A stretch of 63,471 bases of DNA, filler included, from Rhabdomonas costata (Eukaryota): the NCBI GenBank assembly GCA_019059605.1. It is 35 parts of 35 records of this genome, joined end to end, with 100 filler letters (N's around TTAATTAATTAA, not from the genome) between each part and the next. Parts side by side here need not be neighbours in the genome. Positions count along the whole stretch, not along the records: positions 25,440 to 27,156 come from JAHMHO010010150.1; positions 27,257 to 28,972 come from JAHMHO010010151.1; positions 29,073 to 30,789 come from JAHMHO010010152.1; positions 30,890 to 32,606 come from JAHMHO010010153.1; positions 32,707 to 34,422 come from JAHMHO010010154.1; positions 34,523 to 36,238 come from JAHMHO010010155.1; positions 36,339 to 38,054 come from JAHMHO010010156.1; positions 38,155 to 39,870 come from JAHMHO010010157.1; 27 more parts are not named here. One strand, written 5' to 3'. The notes beneath the pieces are model-generated. The model saw only the letters and a list, made by a program, of their open reading frames with translations, searched no databases and was not told the DNA's origin. The position numbers and the translations under genes were made by a program. Position 1 is the first letter of the stretch, and each line of letters opens with the position of its first letter. Of this stretch, positions 25,803 through 38,237 are shown one piece after another.

Positions 25803-27110
25803 GCGGGAAGTCTGCGACCAGCCGCAGCAGGTGGTTGGGCGCCCCACTCTCGCGAAGGTTGTCGAAGAGCTTCAGCTTCAGGCTGGGGCTGACCCGGAAG
25901 TTCGCTTCGAACTCCGTGGTCTCATCGGCGAGGTCATTGTCCGGGACGAAGATGTGGCCCACCCCGGAGTTCGGGGTTAGGATCACTCTCAGGATGGACA
26001 GCCCCAGCCGTTGCAAGTCCTGCCCCCCACCCCACACGCACATGAACGTTCCAAGTTATATCTGAGGTGTGTCCCGAAAAGAGGACGCGATGCACTCGTG
26101 GTGTGCACCCACACAGATACCGCCGCGGGCCTCCTGCCCCAACACTTTTACCACCACACAAGGAACTTCTACTCATGTTGTCCAATGGTCCACCACCACA
26201 ACAGTAGCCAGCACAACAGCAGCAAAAGGGTAAGCCCGCGCAGGCGAAAAGCTGCACAATGTGGTCGAGGCATGCACATAGCACAGCCCGCACACAAAGA
26301 TAAGTTGCTACAGCGCTTGGTCACCATACTTCGCTTCAAGGCACCTTTGCACCTTCTTTATGAAGTCATTACGAGGCAACTGCACAAAAATACATGGAGC
26401 CATATTTTCCAGCAACAAACCTTGCCTTTCTCACCTCTCGTTTTTTCGGTTTCTTTCCATCGGTTTTGAGTGGGTGCAGATGGGGGGGGGAACACTTCTA
26501 ACACCAGGTACTCCCCACCTGATCATAGTCTCGCAGCAGCTGGTCCACAATGTGTAGTCCGTTGTGGCTCAAAAAGCACTGCTGGGCGGCCGGGTTGCGG
26601 TAAATCAGCTTGTACGCCACCACTGGAACGCCAGCACAGCACAAACCAGGAAATCGCGCCCATACCATGAACCAACGCCAAACAGTTTGCACACGTGGGT
26701 CGCCTTTGGGGGGCGCAGGGGAGTACGGGAGGATTGACCACAATGCCAAAACATTTGCCCACCACGTTGCCAAGATGTCTTCTGACATTGCAAAGAAAAA
26801 AGCCTGCAGGCCACCGTTTTAAGAAAACCACAAAAAAGAAAACGCTCTGTGTTCCTACAGCCCTACAAATCCTCTCCACATCACTCGTAACCCACCACAG
26901 TCAAAGGCGCACCCGAGGCGTAGTATATTATATCCTCGTCGATGTTGTTCAGAGCCCCGATCAGCAGGTCAAACGCCCCGTACAGGTTGGCGAAGAAGTA
27001 CTTCAGCAGGCTGTGCGCCGAGACCAGGGCCAGGGAGCTGCTACCGCGGCCGCCCCCTCCAGTGCCCGGAGGCGGGGTTCCTCCTGCGCTGCTACCCCCG
27101 ATTTCCACAG
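25803..27110 (-). CDS. Multi-exon unknown helical protein
   Basis: GC3-rich exons (SAHSLLKYFFANLYGAFDLLIGALNNIDED; AYKLIYRNPAAQQCFLSHNGLHIVDQLLRDYDQ; DLQRLGLSILRVIL...LVADFPQ), the latter two ending at GT donors. Confidence 0.5.
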
Positions 27111-27299
27111 ATAGAGAGGCCCTGCGCTGAGCAGGCGGGAGGGGCTGGCTCGGGCTNNNNNNNNNNNNNNNNNNNNNNNNNNNNNNNNNNNNNNNNNNNN
27201 TTAATTAATTAANNNNNNNNNNNNNNNNNNNNNNNNNNNNNNNNNNNNNNNNNNNNTGTTGGTGTGTTTGGTGGGTGTTTTCTGGAAATGCCTTCCCAA

Positions 27300-28825
27300 C
27301 TAGAGTCCCGATAAACGCATGGGGTTGCTTCTGGAGAGTAGCCTGTACGCTGGAATAGAGCCGGTGAAGTGACTCGACTTGAGCAGGCAGCTCTTCAACA
27401 GAAGGCAAACCCCAGGAGCCGGAAAACTCCGCCAAGGGGGCAGAGCTTCCCAGAAAGCCCCCGGAAGCTACGGGACCACTGGAGAACGGGGGTTGCTGAA
27501 GGGGCTTCCGTAAAAGGCGATGAAGCACGCGAATCTCGGCGGCGAAACCCTGAAAAAAGGCAACCATCAATCAACCATCAATCATCAATCAAGAAGCAGA
27601 GAATGCTCAAAATATTAAACAAGCCTACACAGCCCTAGAAAGTCAAAGTGCAAGGAATCTCCGACGCGTTTTATATAGCCGCTTTTACAACAGCTTAGCA
27701 ACAAGTTGCACAATTAAATAATTTGTTTGAGCTGACCACGTTTCTGCTCACTCAGGAGGCAGAACAGCCCAGGGCCAAGGGATTCATACCCCCTCCCCGC
27801 GGAAAACAGAGTTGAGAATCTTTCAAGAAGTTATAACAGAGAAAGAGAAGCCCATGGCACAACCTTATGCCAATCATCACAAAACGGCGATAAACAGCTC
27901 GCTTCACGCTGGTACCCCTGAGAGAGAAAGTATCGCCCAAGGAGCCCTTTGCAAACGCGGTAGTTGCGGTACACCTTGCCAATCCTCCCTTCCGCGAAAT
28001 ACGGTGCCAGCTCGAGAAGAGTGCACTTATCTCGAGTGTTGTCCACCACTACCACTGAGTGGCCGCTAACCCTTCCACAATCGCAATGAATAGCCACAGC
28101 AGTGACTTCTCCGCACGTCCACGCGTTGGTTTTAATGAGTGGGAGTTTGTAGGCCGAGACAGAGATAATGTGAGTGTGGCCGAGCTGTGCCAAGAGTTCG
28201 GGCAAAGCTTCGCGAGCCCTTTCCCGGCTGTAGATAAAGTACGCCAGCGTCAGCCAAAGGCAAAGCCACAACCTGAGAGTTCCGAACCGTCTCGCTTCCA
28301 GAAGGCACAGAGTCTTCAACCTGGCTCTGGTTGACAACACAAGACAATGCTCCGGAAGAAGTTGCTGCACTCACGTCTCTGGTTCCGTCAGAGACAATGT
28401 CACCTTCAAGTTGTGTTGCATCTCCATTTCTATGGCAGTCTACTAATTCCTTGGGAGATGTGGCTCCGCTCAGGTAAATATTGGCGCCAGCGGGATCAAA
28501 ATCTGCGGAAAGAAAAGCAGCATGACACACCAAAACGTAAAAACTCCTTTCAAAAGATCCTTGAAGGTGAGAGCTCAAAAAGGACCCTTACAGGTTAGAG
28601 TTCTGTAGTTCTAAGCCCGATGGAATAATGCAGAAACACAAAAAGAGCAAAGAAAACAACTTACAGTATATTCGATTTATAAAACTAGCCGTGCAATGTA
28701 GTTGCGGTTCCATCGGAGATAAATCGAGGGACCTGACGAACTGATTAGCGCAATGAAGGTGACACCGTGCTTGAACGACGTTTGCACAGCGTGCTGAAGT
28801 TGATCATCGTCCAAATTACACCGAA
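27300..28825 (-). CDS. Multi-exon unknown protein
   Basis: Several open exons flanked by AG/GT, for example ...DIVSDGTRD|GTGAGT. Confidence 0.35.
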
Positions 28826-31800
28826 AAGGCGACAAAGAAAACAGAAAAATCATGGCAAAAAAACAGGGCAAGGGTGCAAAAGTATCGCAGCTTACCCTCA
28901 AAGACTTTGTGCGCTTCTCCCCAGTCTTTCGCAGTTGTAACTGCCACCGGAAAATTCCCCACAAAACCCAAANNNNNNNNNNNNNNNNNNNNNNNNNNNN
29001 NNNNNNNNNNNNNNNNTTAATTAATTAANNNNNNNNNNNNNNNNNNNNNNNNNNNNNNNNNNNNNNNNNNNNAAAGGGAATAAAGTGGATTTGTTGGTGT
29101 TTCATTTGATGAATTCTACGGGTCAGGTGGGTAGGGTTTTTGGTGCTGGGTTGGTTGTCAGTAGGTCGGATCGTGTGAATTTCTATCCACTGTTGTTGGA
29201 TCTTGAACTGCTATTCTGCGTATTCATGCTCTGAATCTGTGTTCGGTGAAAAAATATGTCTTACATACATACTGGTAACTATGCGCCTGTTAACTATATT
29301 GTCACCAATGCGTTGATTGCACCAATACGGTATGTTTATGTTTCCTCACAAGGCCTTGGGTATTGCGGTCAAGGCGTTGTTGGTTGTGTGCTTATTTGGT
29401 ATGTTCCATCGGTTTACGGTTGCCCCTGGTTCTGCTGCTGGTGTTGCGTTGGGTCGGGTTTGTGTGCCAAGAGTGGTGTTTTCTGCTGTGCTGGTTCCGG
29501 GTTTGGCGTGTCGGGTGATTGGATGATTCTAGCGCTTAAAGTTCGGTGTTGGGAGGTTGCCTACCTAGATACCTTGATTTGTGGTCCTAGGTTCGGTCAA
29601 ATTTCGTTGGTTCATGGTGGTGCTGGATTTGCGGAAGCAGGGGATGTGGGTATTGCTTTTGTTTCGTTGTGCACACTGTGCTTTTTTGGGGGGGGATATT
29701 GAATATGTGGTGCTTTTCGGGGTTCTTTCTTCGCAACCGTGTTTTGTGGAAACTTTAGTTTGGTCCATGGGTGGTGCTGCGCTATACTTTCTGCCTTGAA
29801 CCTTGGTTCCAAGAATTGGGTGTGAGATTTGGTGGTTGTGAATTGGCTGTGGTACTTGTTTGTTTTGTGTGTGTGTGTTTTTTAGTTGGCGCATGGGTTG
29901 CTTATGGACGGCCGGCGGTGGTTCTCCATGATTTTCGGTGTGTGACGGTTTTCTAGGGTGCATTGGCTGTGTTCATAGGTAATCGGCATTATTACCACGG
30001 CGTGAACCTTGATGGTACCGCGGCTGGGTAGCCAAGTTGGTTGATACAGGGGAACAGGCGCGAAGCAAACAGGCACCACCACCCGCCAGAAGTAGGGGGC
30101 ACGCAAGAGCCTCGGCGGATATACGGCATGTGAATATACGGCTTCGTTTCCTTTTTTTTTTGGGGGGGGGGGGACCGAGGTTCATAACGGATTGCTGCGA
30201 TTTCCCACCTGGCGGGGTCCGGCGCTTCAGCAAGCAAACGGGGTCGCAGCCACCCGGCACAAAGACCGGCCTCCAGACGAAGGAAAGTATGCTGAAGGTG
30301 TTCGTGCGCCACTTGCGCGGCCAGGAACGCAGGAGGGGACTGTTCCCGCTCGGGCCGTGATATTAGGCCGTAGGCAACCAGGTGGCGTTTTCATACCGGC
30401 TTTCAGCTTTGACTTAGGCCGACATCAGAAAGGAATGGGTTCCCAAGGTTAATAAGTTGATCAATAATAACCAAACACTTTGCAAACCCACCAAATCGTG
30501 TCTGTTTTTTTTTTCTTCGCGAGACACAAAGGCATGAATGTGAGAAACGTCACGGCTTATGTAAAGCAGGGCGTCGTTCAACTCTGAAACCCGTGCCTTC
30601 CAGCAGGCTGAGACGAGAACATCCAGCCAGCTATCAAGCTTTCCAGTGAGTTTTCACCGCGAGAAGCCGGTTGACACAGCTCAGCAAAGCGCCACACCCG
30701 CGCACACACACAATGAAAACAGGAAAAGAGGTACATGCGGCAACCACAAAAGAGAGTTTTCGGGGCAACGTGGAGGTGAAAAACAAAAANNNNNNNNNNN
30801 NNNNNNNNNNNNNNNNNNNNNNNNNNNNNNNNNTTAATTAATTAANNNNNNNNNNNNNNNNNNNNNNNNNNNNNNNNNNNNNNNNNNNNTGTCAACCCTC
30901 ACCACCTGCAGCACCCAGAGATCGACGAGGACTTCGATGACAGCGCCGCGGTGGTAGAGTATGTCTCCACCGACCCCTTCACCGCCAGCGCTGCCGCGGT
31001 CTCCCCACACGGCACTGCCTCTGCGGCAGGGCCCTCCACAGGCCCGGAGTGGGCCGCCCGACGCCGCGGTCCCCTGGCCCCGACTAGGGTGGTTCGAATG
31101 CGGGACCGCTCCGGAATGCTGGAAACAGAGCAGGGCCTCCGGAAACGTTGCGCGTAAGGGAAAGAGAGAGCGGCCTTCCACACATTTGCGTACCTTGCGC
31201 CAGTACAGCAAGTCCTCTAGCACGTCCTGCGGGACATAGATGGGCTCCTGCGGTATAAAAAAAGGAACTCATCCGTCAGGGAGAAGACATTGCCTCACTC
31301 GTGGCTTCTTTGCCACCCACGAATCCACCATGACATGGCTCTTCAAATCAACCGCCGACAGAAGCCCCCTCAGAACCAGCACGGCTTAGTACCGCACCGT
31401 TTTTTTTGTCTTTTCAGGAGCAAATCCCAATTGCTCTTCACACAAAACGCCACAATGCCACAACGTTGGCACGAGGCAATGCGGTACTACGGAGACTGCG
31501 GGGAAGTGGCAACATTTTTCTGTTGTATGTTTTAAAAAGTCCTTGAAAGCCCCCCAGGTCACGTTCCCGCCCAAGCCGCCCACTCCGGCCGCGCCGCGTC
31601 GCTGCCCCTGAACCAATGCTACCCTTCTCGTTCGCCCATATCTCAGCCATGGGCAAATCCTTAGCCAGCAGTAGTATGGAGCTGCTAAGCAAAAACGCTC
31701 ATCTAGAGAGCTCTCTGGCAAAGTTCACCTCACCCCCTTCCCTAAGATAAAGTAATTTTGGGTGCTGGCATGTTTTAAGTGAACCTTTTCAAGTTAATTT

Positions 31801-32706
31801 AGCAAAAAAAAAAAACTGCGAGTCAGTTTTCTGTCACTGGCTGGAGGAAATGCGATAATAAAAAGGTGCATAAAAAATTTCAGAAAAGAGCACAAACATG
31901 CAAAACAGTGCATTTCAAGCCAAAATTTTCGGTCGGGTCGAAATGCAAAAAAAAATATGCGAATTTTGCAGGTTGGACTTTTTCTCCGTCCTGCCACAGG
32001 TTACTGTTACGTCCCCCACCACCCCAAAGAATTATATTGGGGCCAATATTTGGGTGGTGGCAGCGACGATAAGGGAGCTCAACCTCCAGCCCGAGGGCCT
32101 GGTATTGCTCTGTCACGGCAATATCGTACGTCGTGTGGAAGAAGGACAGCGCGGAGGGGGTGGGCTCGAGCTCGGACTGGAGGGCCGCGATGGACCGTTC
32201 CACGTCATTCCGGGGCGCCCGCCGGCTGTGCAGGAAGAAGTTCCTCCGCAGCGAAAAGGGGTGCGGCTCGGCTGAACAAAGATAAGAACGAGGAAGAGAG
32301 TCACATGGATAGTATGGACCGTTCAGTAGACTGTGAAGTGGCATTTGGGCACTTCGCGTGTTGGACCTGATTTTGGTTGAGCGCTGCCACAGCGATTTGA
32401 CATCGGGAAGGAACAACATCCCTTCATGGAAAATTTACCCTGGCAAGGACACCCACCCCCGACATCATCTTTGGCCGCGGAGCCCGCTACGTGAGTGGGT
32501 GGTGTGGGTGTTGCCTGGTTGACTGGTTGACTGGTTGACTGGTTGTTGGTGACCACTGTGGACTGACTGGCGCACGCGCTGTTGGCCACGGGTGCTCGCC
32601 AACCCCNNNNNNNNNNNNNNNNNNNNNNNNNNNNNNNNNNNNNNNNNNNNTTAATTAATTAANNNNNNNNNNNNNNNNNNNNNNNNNNNNNNNNNNNNNN
32701 NNNNNN

Positions 32707-32986
32707 GTTGGTTGTGGTCAGCTCTTCGGACGAAGAGAAGAAGGAGGATGGAGGGCTGGTGCATTGGATCCGGGACAACGCAAAGACGGCCACCGCGCTG
32801 GGGCTGGTTCTGCTTGGAGGCCTGAGCCTGGTGTTGGGATTCGAGTACGTCCTGCCCAACATCCTGCGAGCGGTTATTGCCGGGGTGATTGGGGTGATCG
32901 GGTTTATCTTTGTGGGGCTTCCCTTGCTTATCGTCGACTTCTTCTCGGGCGGGAGCAAAAAGAAGGATACCCCCAAGAGCGCCTAA
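32707..32986 (+). CDS. C-terminal exon of a two-helix membrane protein
   Basis: Two hydrophobic stretches followed by a basic tail (KKKDTPKSA*). Confidence 0.55.
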
Positions 32987-34522
32987 CCCCACTCCCCCGC
33001 AGCACTTCGTGATGCTTTTCTTTTTGTCTCAGGAAATGCCTCTCTTTTTACTCTCTTCAGTTGAGCCAGTCAGACTGCTTCAAATTTGAAGAAGGCGGAC
33101 GTAGAGGTGAACTATTTAACGGTGGTTTCTGTTGTGGTTTTGTCCGCAAGTCACCGATGGTGACTTGTAACCAAATTTTGTGTTAGGTTATGTTGAAGCA
33201 AAGGCGCAACCACTGTCGAATTCCCCCTAGTGCCGTGTCCGCTGGCCTTGAAAGCATCGACATTTTGAGCGCTCCCGTTGAACTGCCAGAATTAACATAG
33301 GGTGTGGTCCCATCAGCGCATGTGTGTTTCCGAGAGTTCTCGCGACAGCGGTTGGTTAGGCAACGTGCGGTGAAGCCACCGTTTTTGCGGACTCTGGGTG
33401 AAAATGATAGTGCTTTTTACCTCAAATGGATCTGGCTGGCTGGCTGGCTATGGCGTACGAGAGCGCATTTTTCTTTCTGGACAGTGGAAGAAGGAGAGGG
33501 GAGAGGCATGCCCTTCGCACTGGTTGCCTTCGCGTGACTTCGAGTGAGTGAAGAGAGGCCCAACTGAGGGAAGTGAGCAGAGAGCGATGCTTTGGTGCAG
33601 GATACATGGGAACTGTTTCTGCGACCCCATCAATTTGCGAGACCGCGCGTGGTGCGGTCTTTTAAACTGATGAGCTCGCGTTATTCGAACCCGAAGTTGT
33701 TTTCGCTGCGCTGTGGCGGGAAGAGCTTCCGCGAAAAAAATTGCTGCACGGGCGCTGCGTCAGCAGCGAGTAGTATCCTTCCACGTGTCCACCCCCCCCC
33801 CATTCATGGAAGAACGCAACCTTCGGGAGAGCATCTGACAAATGGGACCAGTCGTTTCCTCATCGCAGCTGACCCCTGGTGAGCAGATTTTTGCAACCCA
33901 TTCGGGACCGTTCTCTATGCGACTTCTTTGCTTGGTCAAAACACCTGAGCCATTGACCCGCCCTATGTCCAAATGCCACCCATTTCAGTTATGTTCTGCG
34001 AGGGGGAGCAGCCGGTAGCGGGGGTGCTAGAGCTCGGTCGGGGAAACGACAAAAAAACAGTTTCCAGTGGAGTCACGTTGAATGCATATGAACACTCAAG
34101 CAGCCCAGTCGTGCTGTATAGTCCGTGGTGTGTGCGCTTGCTTTCGTCGGAGGTTTGATAGACGAGTCTTCAAGTAGCAAGGTTCTTCCCTAAGATACAC
34201 TTGAAGATACACTTTTGTCGATGTTCATCTTGGCGTCTCGGAGCTCTTCCGCTTTAGGTTATTGTTGGTGTCTTCTTCGCTGTTTTGTGAGATGGCTCAC
34301 TCTCTTTTATGGGAAGTACTTTCGGCGTCAGATGTTGCAGAGCTGAACAAGGTTTTCATATCCTCCATCTCTCGCCTCTCTGTGTATCTGTATCCACGTT
34401 TCATGAATTGCGAACCACAAAANNNNNNNNNNNNNNNNNNNNNNNNNNNNNNNNNNNNNNNNNNNNTTAATTAATTAANNNNNNNNNNNNNNNNNNNNNN
34501 NNNNNNNNNNNNNNNNNNNNNN

Positions 34523-35570
34523 GGGGTTTGTGGGATGCCATGAATAGTGGACAGGCGCCAGCCGTCGTTGACTGGCAGATGTCAGCCTGGTTTCGCAGAA
34601 GGAGTCGGGCAACCTCGTAGTGGCCGTTCTGAGAAGCAATGAAGAGAGGAGACGCACCATCGTTTTTGGCGTAGTGAATGTCCGCTCGGTTGCACAACAG
34701 CAGTTCCGCCACCTCCAGATGGCCTCCTTGACAGGCGAGGAAAAGTGATGAAGCGCCGTCGTTCGCAACCTGGTTGATGTCCGCCCGGAAACGCAGCAAC
34801 AGCTCAAAAAGAGCTAGATGACCCGAATAACAAACAGTCAAAAGAGGTGAGGTACCATCCTTCGCAACGTGATGGATGTCCGCCTGATTGCGCAACAGCA
34901 GCTCCGCAAGCTCGCAGTCGCCATTCCGGGATGCAATATAGAGAGGCGAGGATTTGTCCTTCTGGGCGCGATTGACGTCCGCATTGTGACTCAGCAACAG
35001 CTCCGCGAGTTTGTAATGACCATTTTGGCAAGTGACGTAAAGGGGAGTCGCACCGTTCTTCTGGATCTGATTAACGTCCCCCCGGGCACGCAGCAGGAGC
35101 TCAGCAAGCTCTCGGTGGCCATTCTGGGAAGCGATGTAAAGAGGTGAAGCCCCGTCTCTCTGAACCTGGTTGACGTCAGCTTGTCCTCGAAGCAGAAGTT
35201 CCGCAACCTCAAGATGCCCCTTTTCCGACGCGACCCAAAGAGGGGAGCAGCCATTTGAGGTAAAAGGGATGAAAACCCACACCGTCCACATCCTGGCCAA
35301 AATATCCCGCAACATCTCCCCCGTTGGAAGCGCCCCAAAGTTGCCCTCAAGCACGACGTGACGGAGGTGAGCCAGGGCATACCACTGCCGGCACACTCCA
35401 CATACAGAGCGATGGCTGCGGGCGAAGCTGAGGATGGTCTGCAGGCAGTCCACGGGGAACCTTGAGCCAAGCCGGGAAGAGCCCTGCGTGGATATCGCTG
35501 GTGAGAGGGAGAGAGGCGTTGGATCTTCGGGTGACTGTGCAGGGGACCCCGGACATGCGTCACCTTGCAT
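34523..35570 (-). CDS. F-box plus ankyrin-repeat protein (3' end truncated by contig end)
   Basis: F-box-like FPVDCLQTILSF...VCGVCRQW, then about 9 33-aa ankyrin repeats (GASPLYIASQNGHxExAELLL..ADVN). ATG at 35570, no introns. Confidence 0.9.
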
Positions 35571-36829
35571 TGCTGACAATAAAATGGGCTGATTCGAAGA
35601 GGCGGGACCGGAAGCGGGGGGGAGAAGGCAATGAAACGGAAGGAAAAGAATGCGTGTGGTACGGGGCCACTGTGGTTGAAAATGCCACATCGAGCATTAG
35701 GGGCTCTGGTTGTCGGGGCTGATTCTTCCTACCACATTGTTGGCAGGGAAAAAGCGAGAGATCAATCCAACAAGAGAAGGGTGTGGATGTTGGGAAAAGC
35801 ATCCAGATAAAACAGAGAGGGATAGCGACGACAAAGACCTATGAGCACCTCAACAACAATAGGACCCGTGGGTCATTATACGTACAACGAGAAGCAGCTG
35901 GGAGAAGGGAAGGTTTGGCGACCGACAACGGGAAAACCACTGCACACATTACTCTTATGTCTCGTCCTCCTTCTCAGTAGTAAAGCACAACAAATTCTCC
36001 AGGGAGTTATATTAAACGGGTCTATCAAAGGTTAGAAGTCTGCGGAGGTCATAAATAATTCACCCAATTGCGGTAGCAGGCCAGGCCTTGACGAACCGGA
36101 GAGAAAGGAGGTGCAGGTGACACGACCCTTAGGCAGATGGAAGGAAGAGATTCGTTGCAGGGAAAAAGATCATTCAGCGGCGCGGGCGGTGCTGGGGATG
36201 CACGAGCCAATAATCCGCAACACCCTTACCAAAACAACNNNNNNNNNNNNNNNNNNNNNNNNNNNNNNNNNNNNNNNNNNNNTTAATTAATTAANNNNNN
36301 NNNNNNNNNNNNNNNNNNNNNNNNNNNNNNNNNNNNNNGGTGTGGTGGAGGTTACAAAACAAGCGGACGTGAAGCTCCAGTTTGCACGTAGTGCCCCAAA
36401 ACGAGGAACCAAAGCCGACACACAGACATGCAAAAATAGAAGCTTCTGTAGCTCTACGTGCTGCTGAGCACAATGACTGACATTCAACAAAATTATCCTG
36501 ACAGCAACGTACTGTGGGCGAAGCCAAAGCAGAAAGCAGGTATGTGGGGTATCTGGCGCAATCAGCAGGAATCCTGAAACACTGTGTGCAGGTCCTTTTA
36601 ATTTCGGCCGGTGTGCGCTCCAAGGGCACTCAGTTATTCTCCAATTTCTTATTTTTAATTCAGCATTTATTCACTGGCTCAGACTTGTGTGCCCAAAACC
36701 AATGTATCCGTCCCTCGCAGCAGCTTCTTTCCATATTTCGGTGACTTCGGACGGGGAGCCGTCTTTTCATCGCACAAACATTCACAAACGCCAACAAACA
36801 GACAACCAGAGGTTTTGCAATTCAACCTC

Positions 36830-37955
36830 AATGAATAAAAGTTGGTGGGGGATAGAGTCCAATGCACACCCGTCGCGCCAACCCATCCGCCAGCCGTGGG
36901 AATGTACATCAGAAACAACCAAAAGAACTTGTGGTTGTAAAAGCCTGCAGCCACATCCGCACATAACCGCAGGCTCCCACCGCAGCTCCGGCGTCACCAT
37001 AAAACAGTTCATTTTTATGAAAGAGAAAACACAAAATTCTTAGGCCCTCCACCCTGGAACGCATGGAGTAACCTAAAATTTTGAGGAAGGTACAATTAAA
37101 ACTGCTGGTTCTGCGTCGAAGTTGTTACAAAGCTGGTAATCCACCCGTCTCTCACAGATGAAAGGAATTTGTTTTATTGGTCCGGAGATGACCCTTCTTG
37201 AGCGATTTTTTTGAACTATTAACTGGAGCTGATTCCTGTAACTTTGAAGCCCTCAGGCACATCAATTTACACTTTCTCTTTCGCTTCACTGCTCCCTTTC
37301 ACTTTCCCATTGGACTGCGATGGGGGAGGGGAGGACCCCACTAAGAACACACCCACGCAGTTGTTCAGCCACGGGCAGTGGTGGTCCATCTGTGTGAGGG
37401 ACAACAGAGATGTGCGTCACAGAAAAAGAAAACGTGCGGCGCAAGACATTCCGAACCCACTCTCCCTCCCCTCCCCTTGAGGGTGCGGTTTGTTGCAACG
37501 AAGGCAGCAAGTAAGTGCCAAACAAAAACAGAAAGTGCATGCAGAACCAGGCAGAACGAAATGGAACCTGAGTGTGCTGCTATGATTGAGGTGCACTGTT
37601 GTGCAAAACTAAGTTGACATCAAGGAAAAAAGATGAGCAGACATAAAACAAAACAGATAAGCAGTGACTCTTGTATTTTTTTACCCTTACGGTAGATGAC
37701 CTTGGACGGAATGAAGATCAGCTGCGAGAATGGCATGGTAAGATGGTGCCAGTGGAGTGGAATCTACAGAGATTTCACGGGTTGTTATTCAGCCAACCTT
37801 TTCATTAAAATGAGGGGGGGTGCACCAGAAACCAGAAGGCCAAAATATCCTGTCATTTTCGCATTCTCGCAAGAAGAAAAGGCATCACATCCACATGGAG
37901 GAATGGAGGAGGGGTGCCTGTGTGACTGGCGAGGGTGCATACCTTAATGATGCAC
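36830..37955 (-). CDS. DHHC palmitoyltransferase (zDHHC family), exons 37955-37943, 37389-37353 and 36944 onward
   Basis: Spliced reading xCIIK|MDHHCPWLNNCVG|FYNHKFFWLFLMY. All junctions are GT-AG and in phase. Confidence 0.92.
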
Positions 37956-38237
37956 CTGGAAAAGCAAAAAGACAAAAGACCAGGGAAACCATGAGCCCCC
38001 CTGATTGAGGAGAAGAATAGATTATTCATTATTAGGTTATTTGGACCACCACCCNNNNNNNNNNNNNNNNNNNNNNNNNNNNNNNNNNNNNNNNNNNNTT
38101 AATTAATTAANNNNNNNNNNNNNNNNNNNNNNNNNNNNNNNNNNNNNNNNNNNNTGTGTTTTTGTACACTGTATGTATGGCACAGCCAGTACTATGCCAT
38201 ACATACAGTGTACAAAAACGTCTCTCACTAAACAAAC

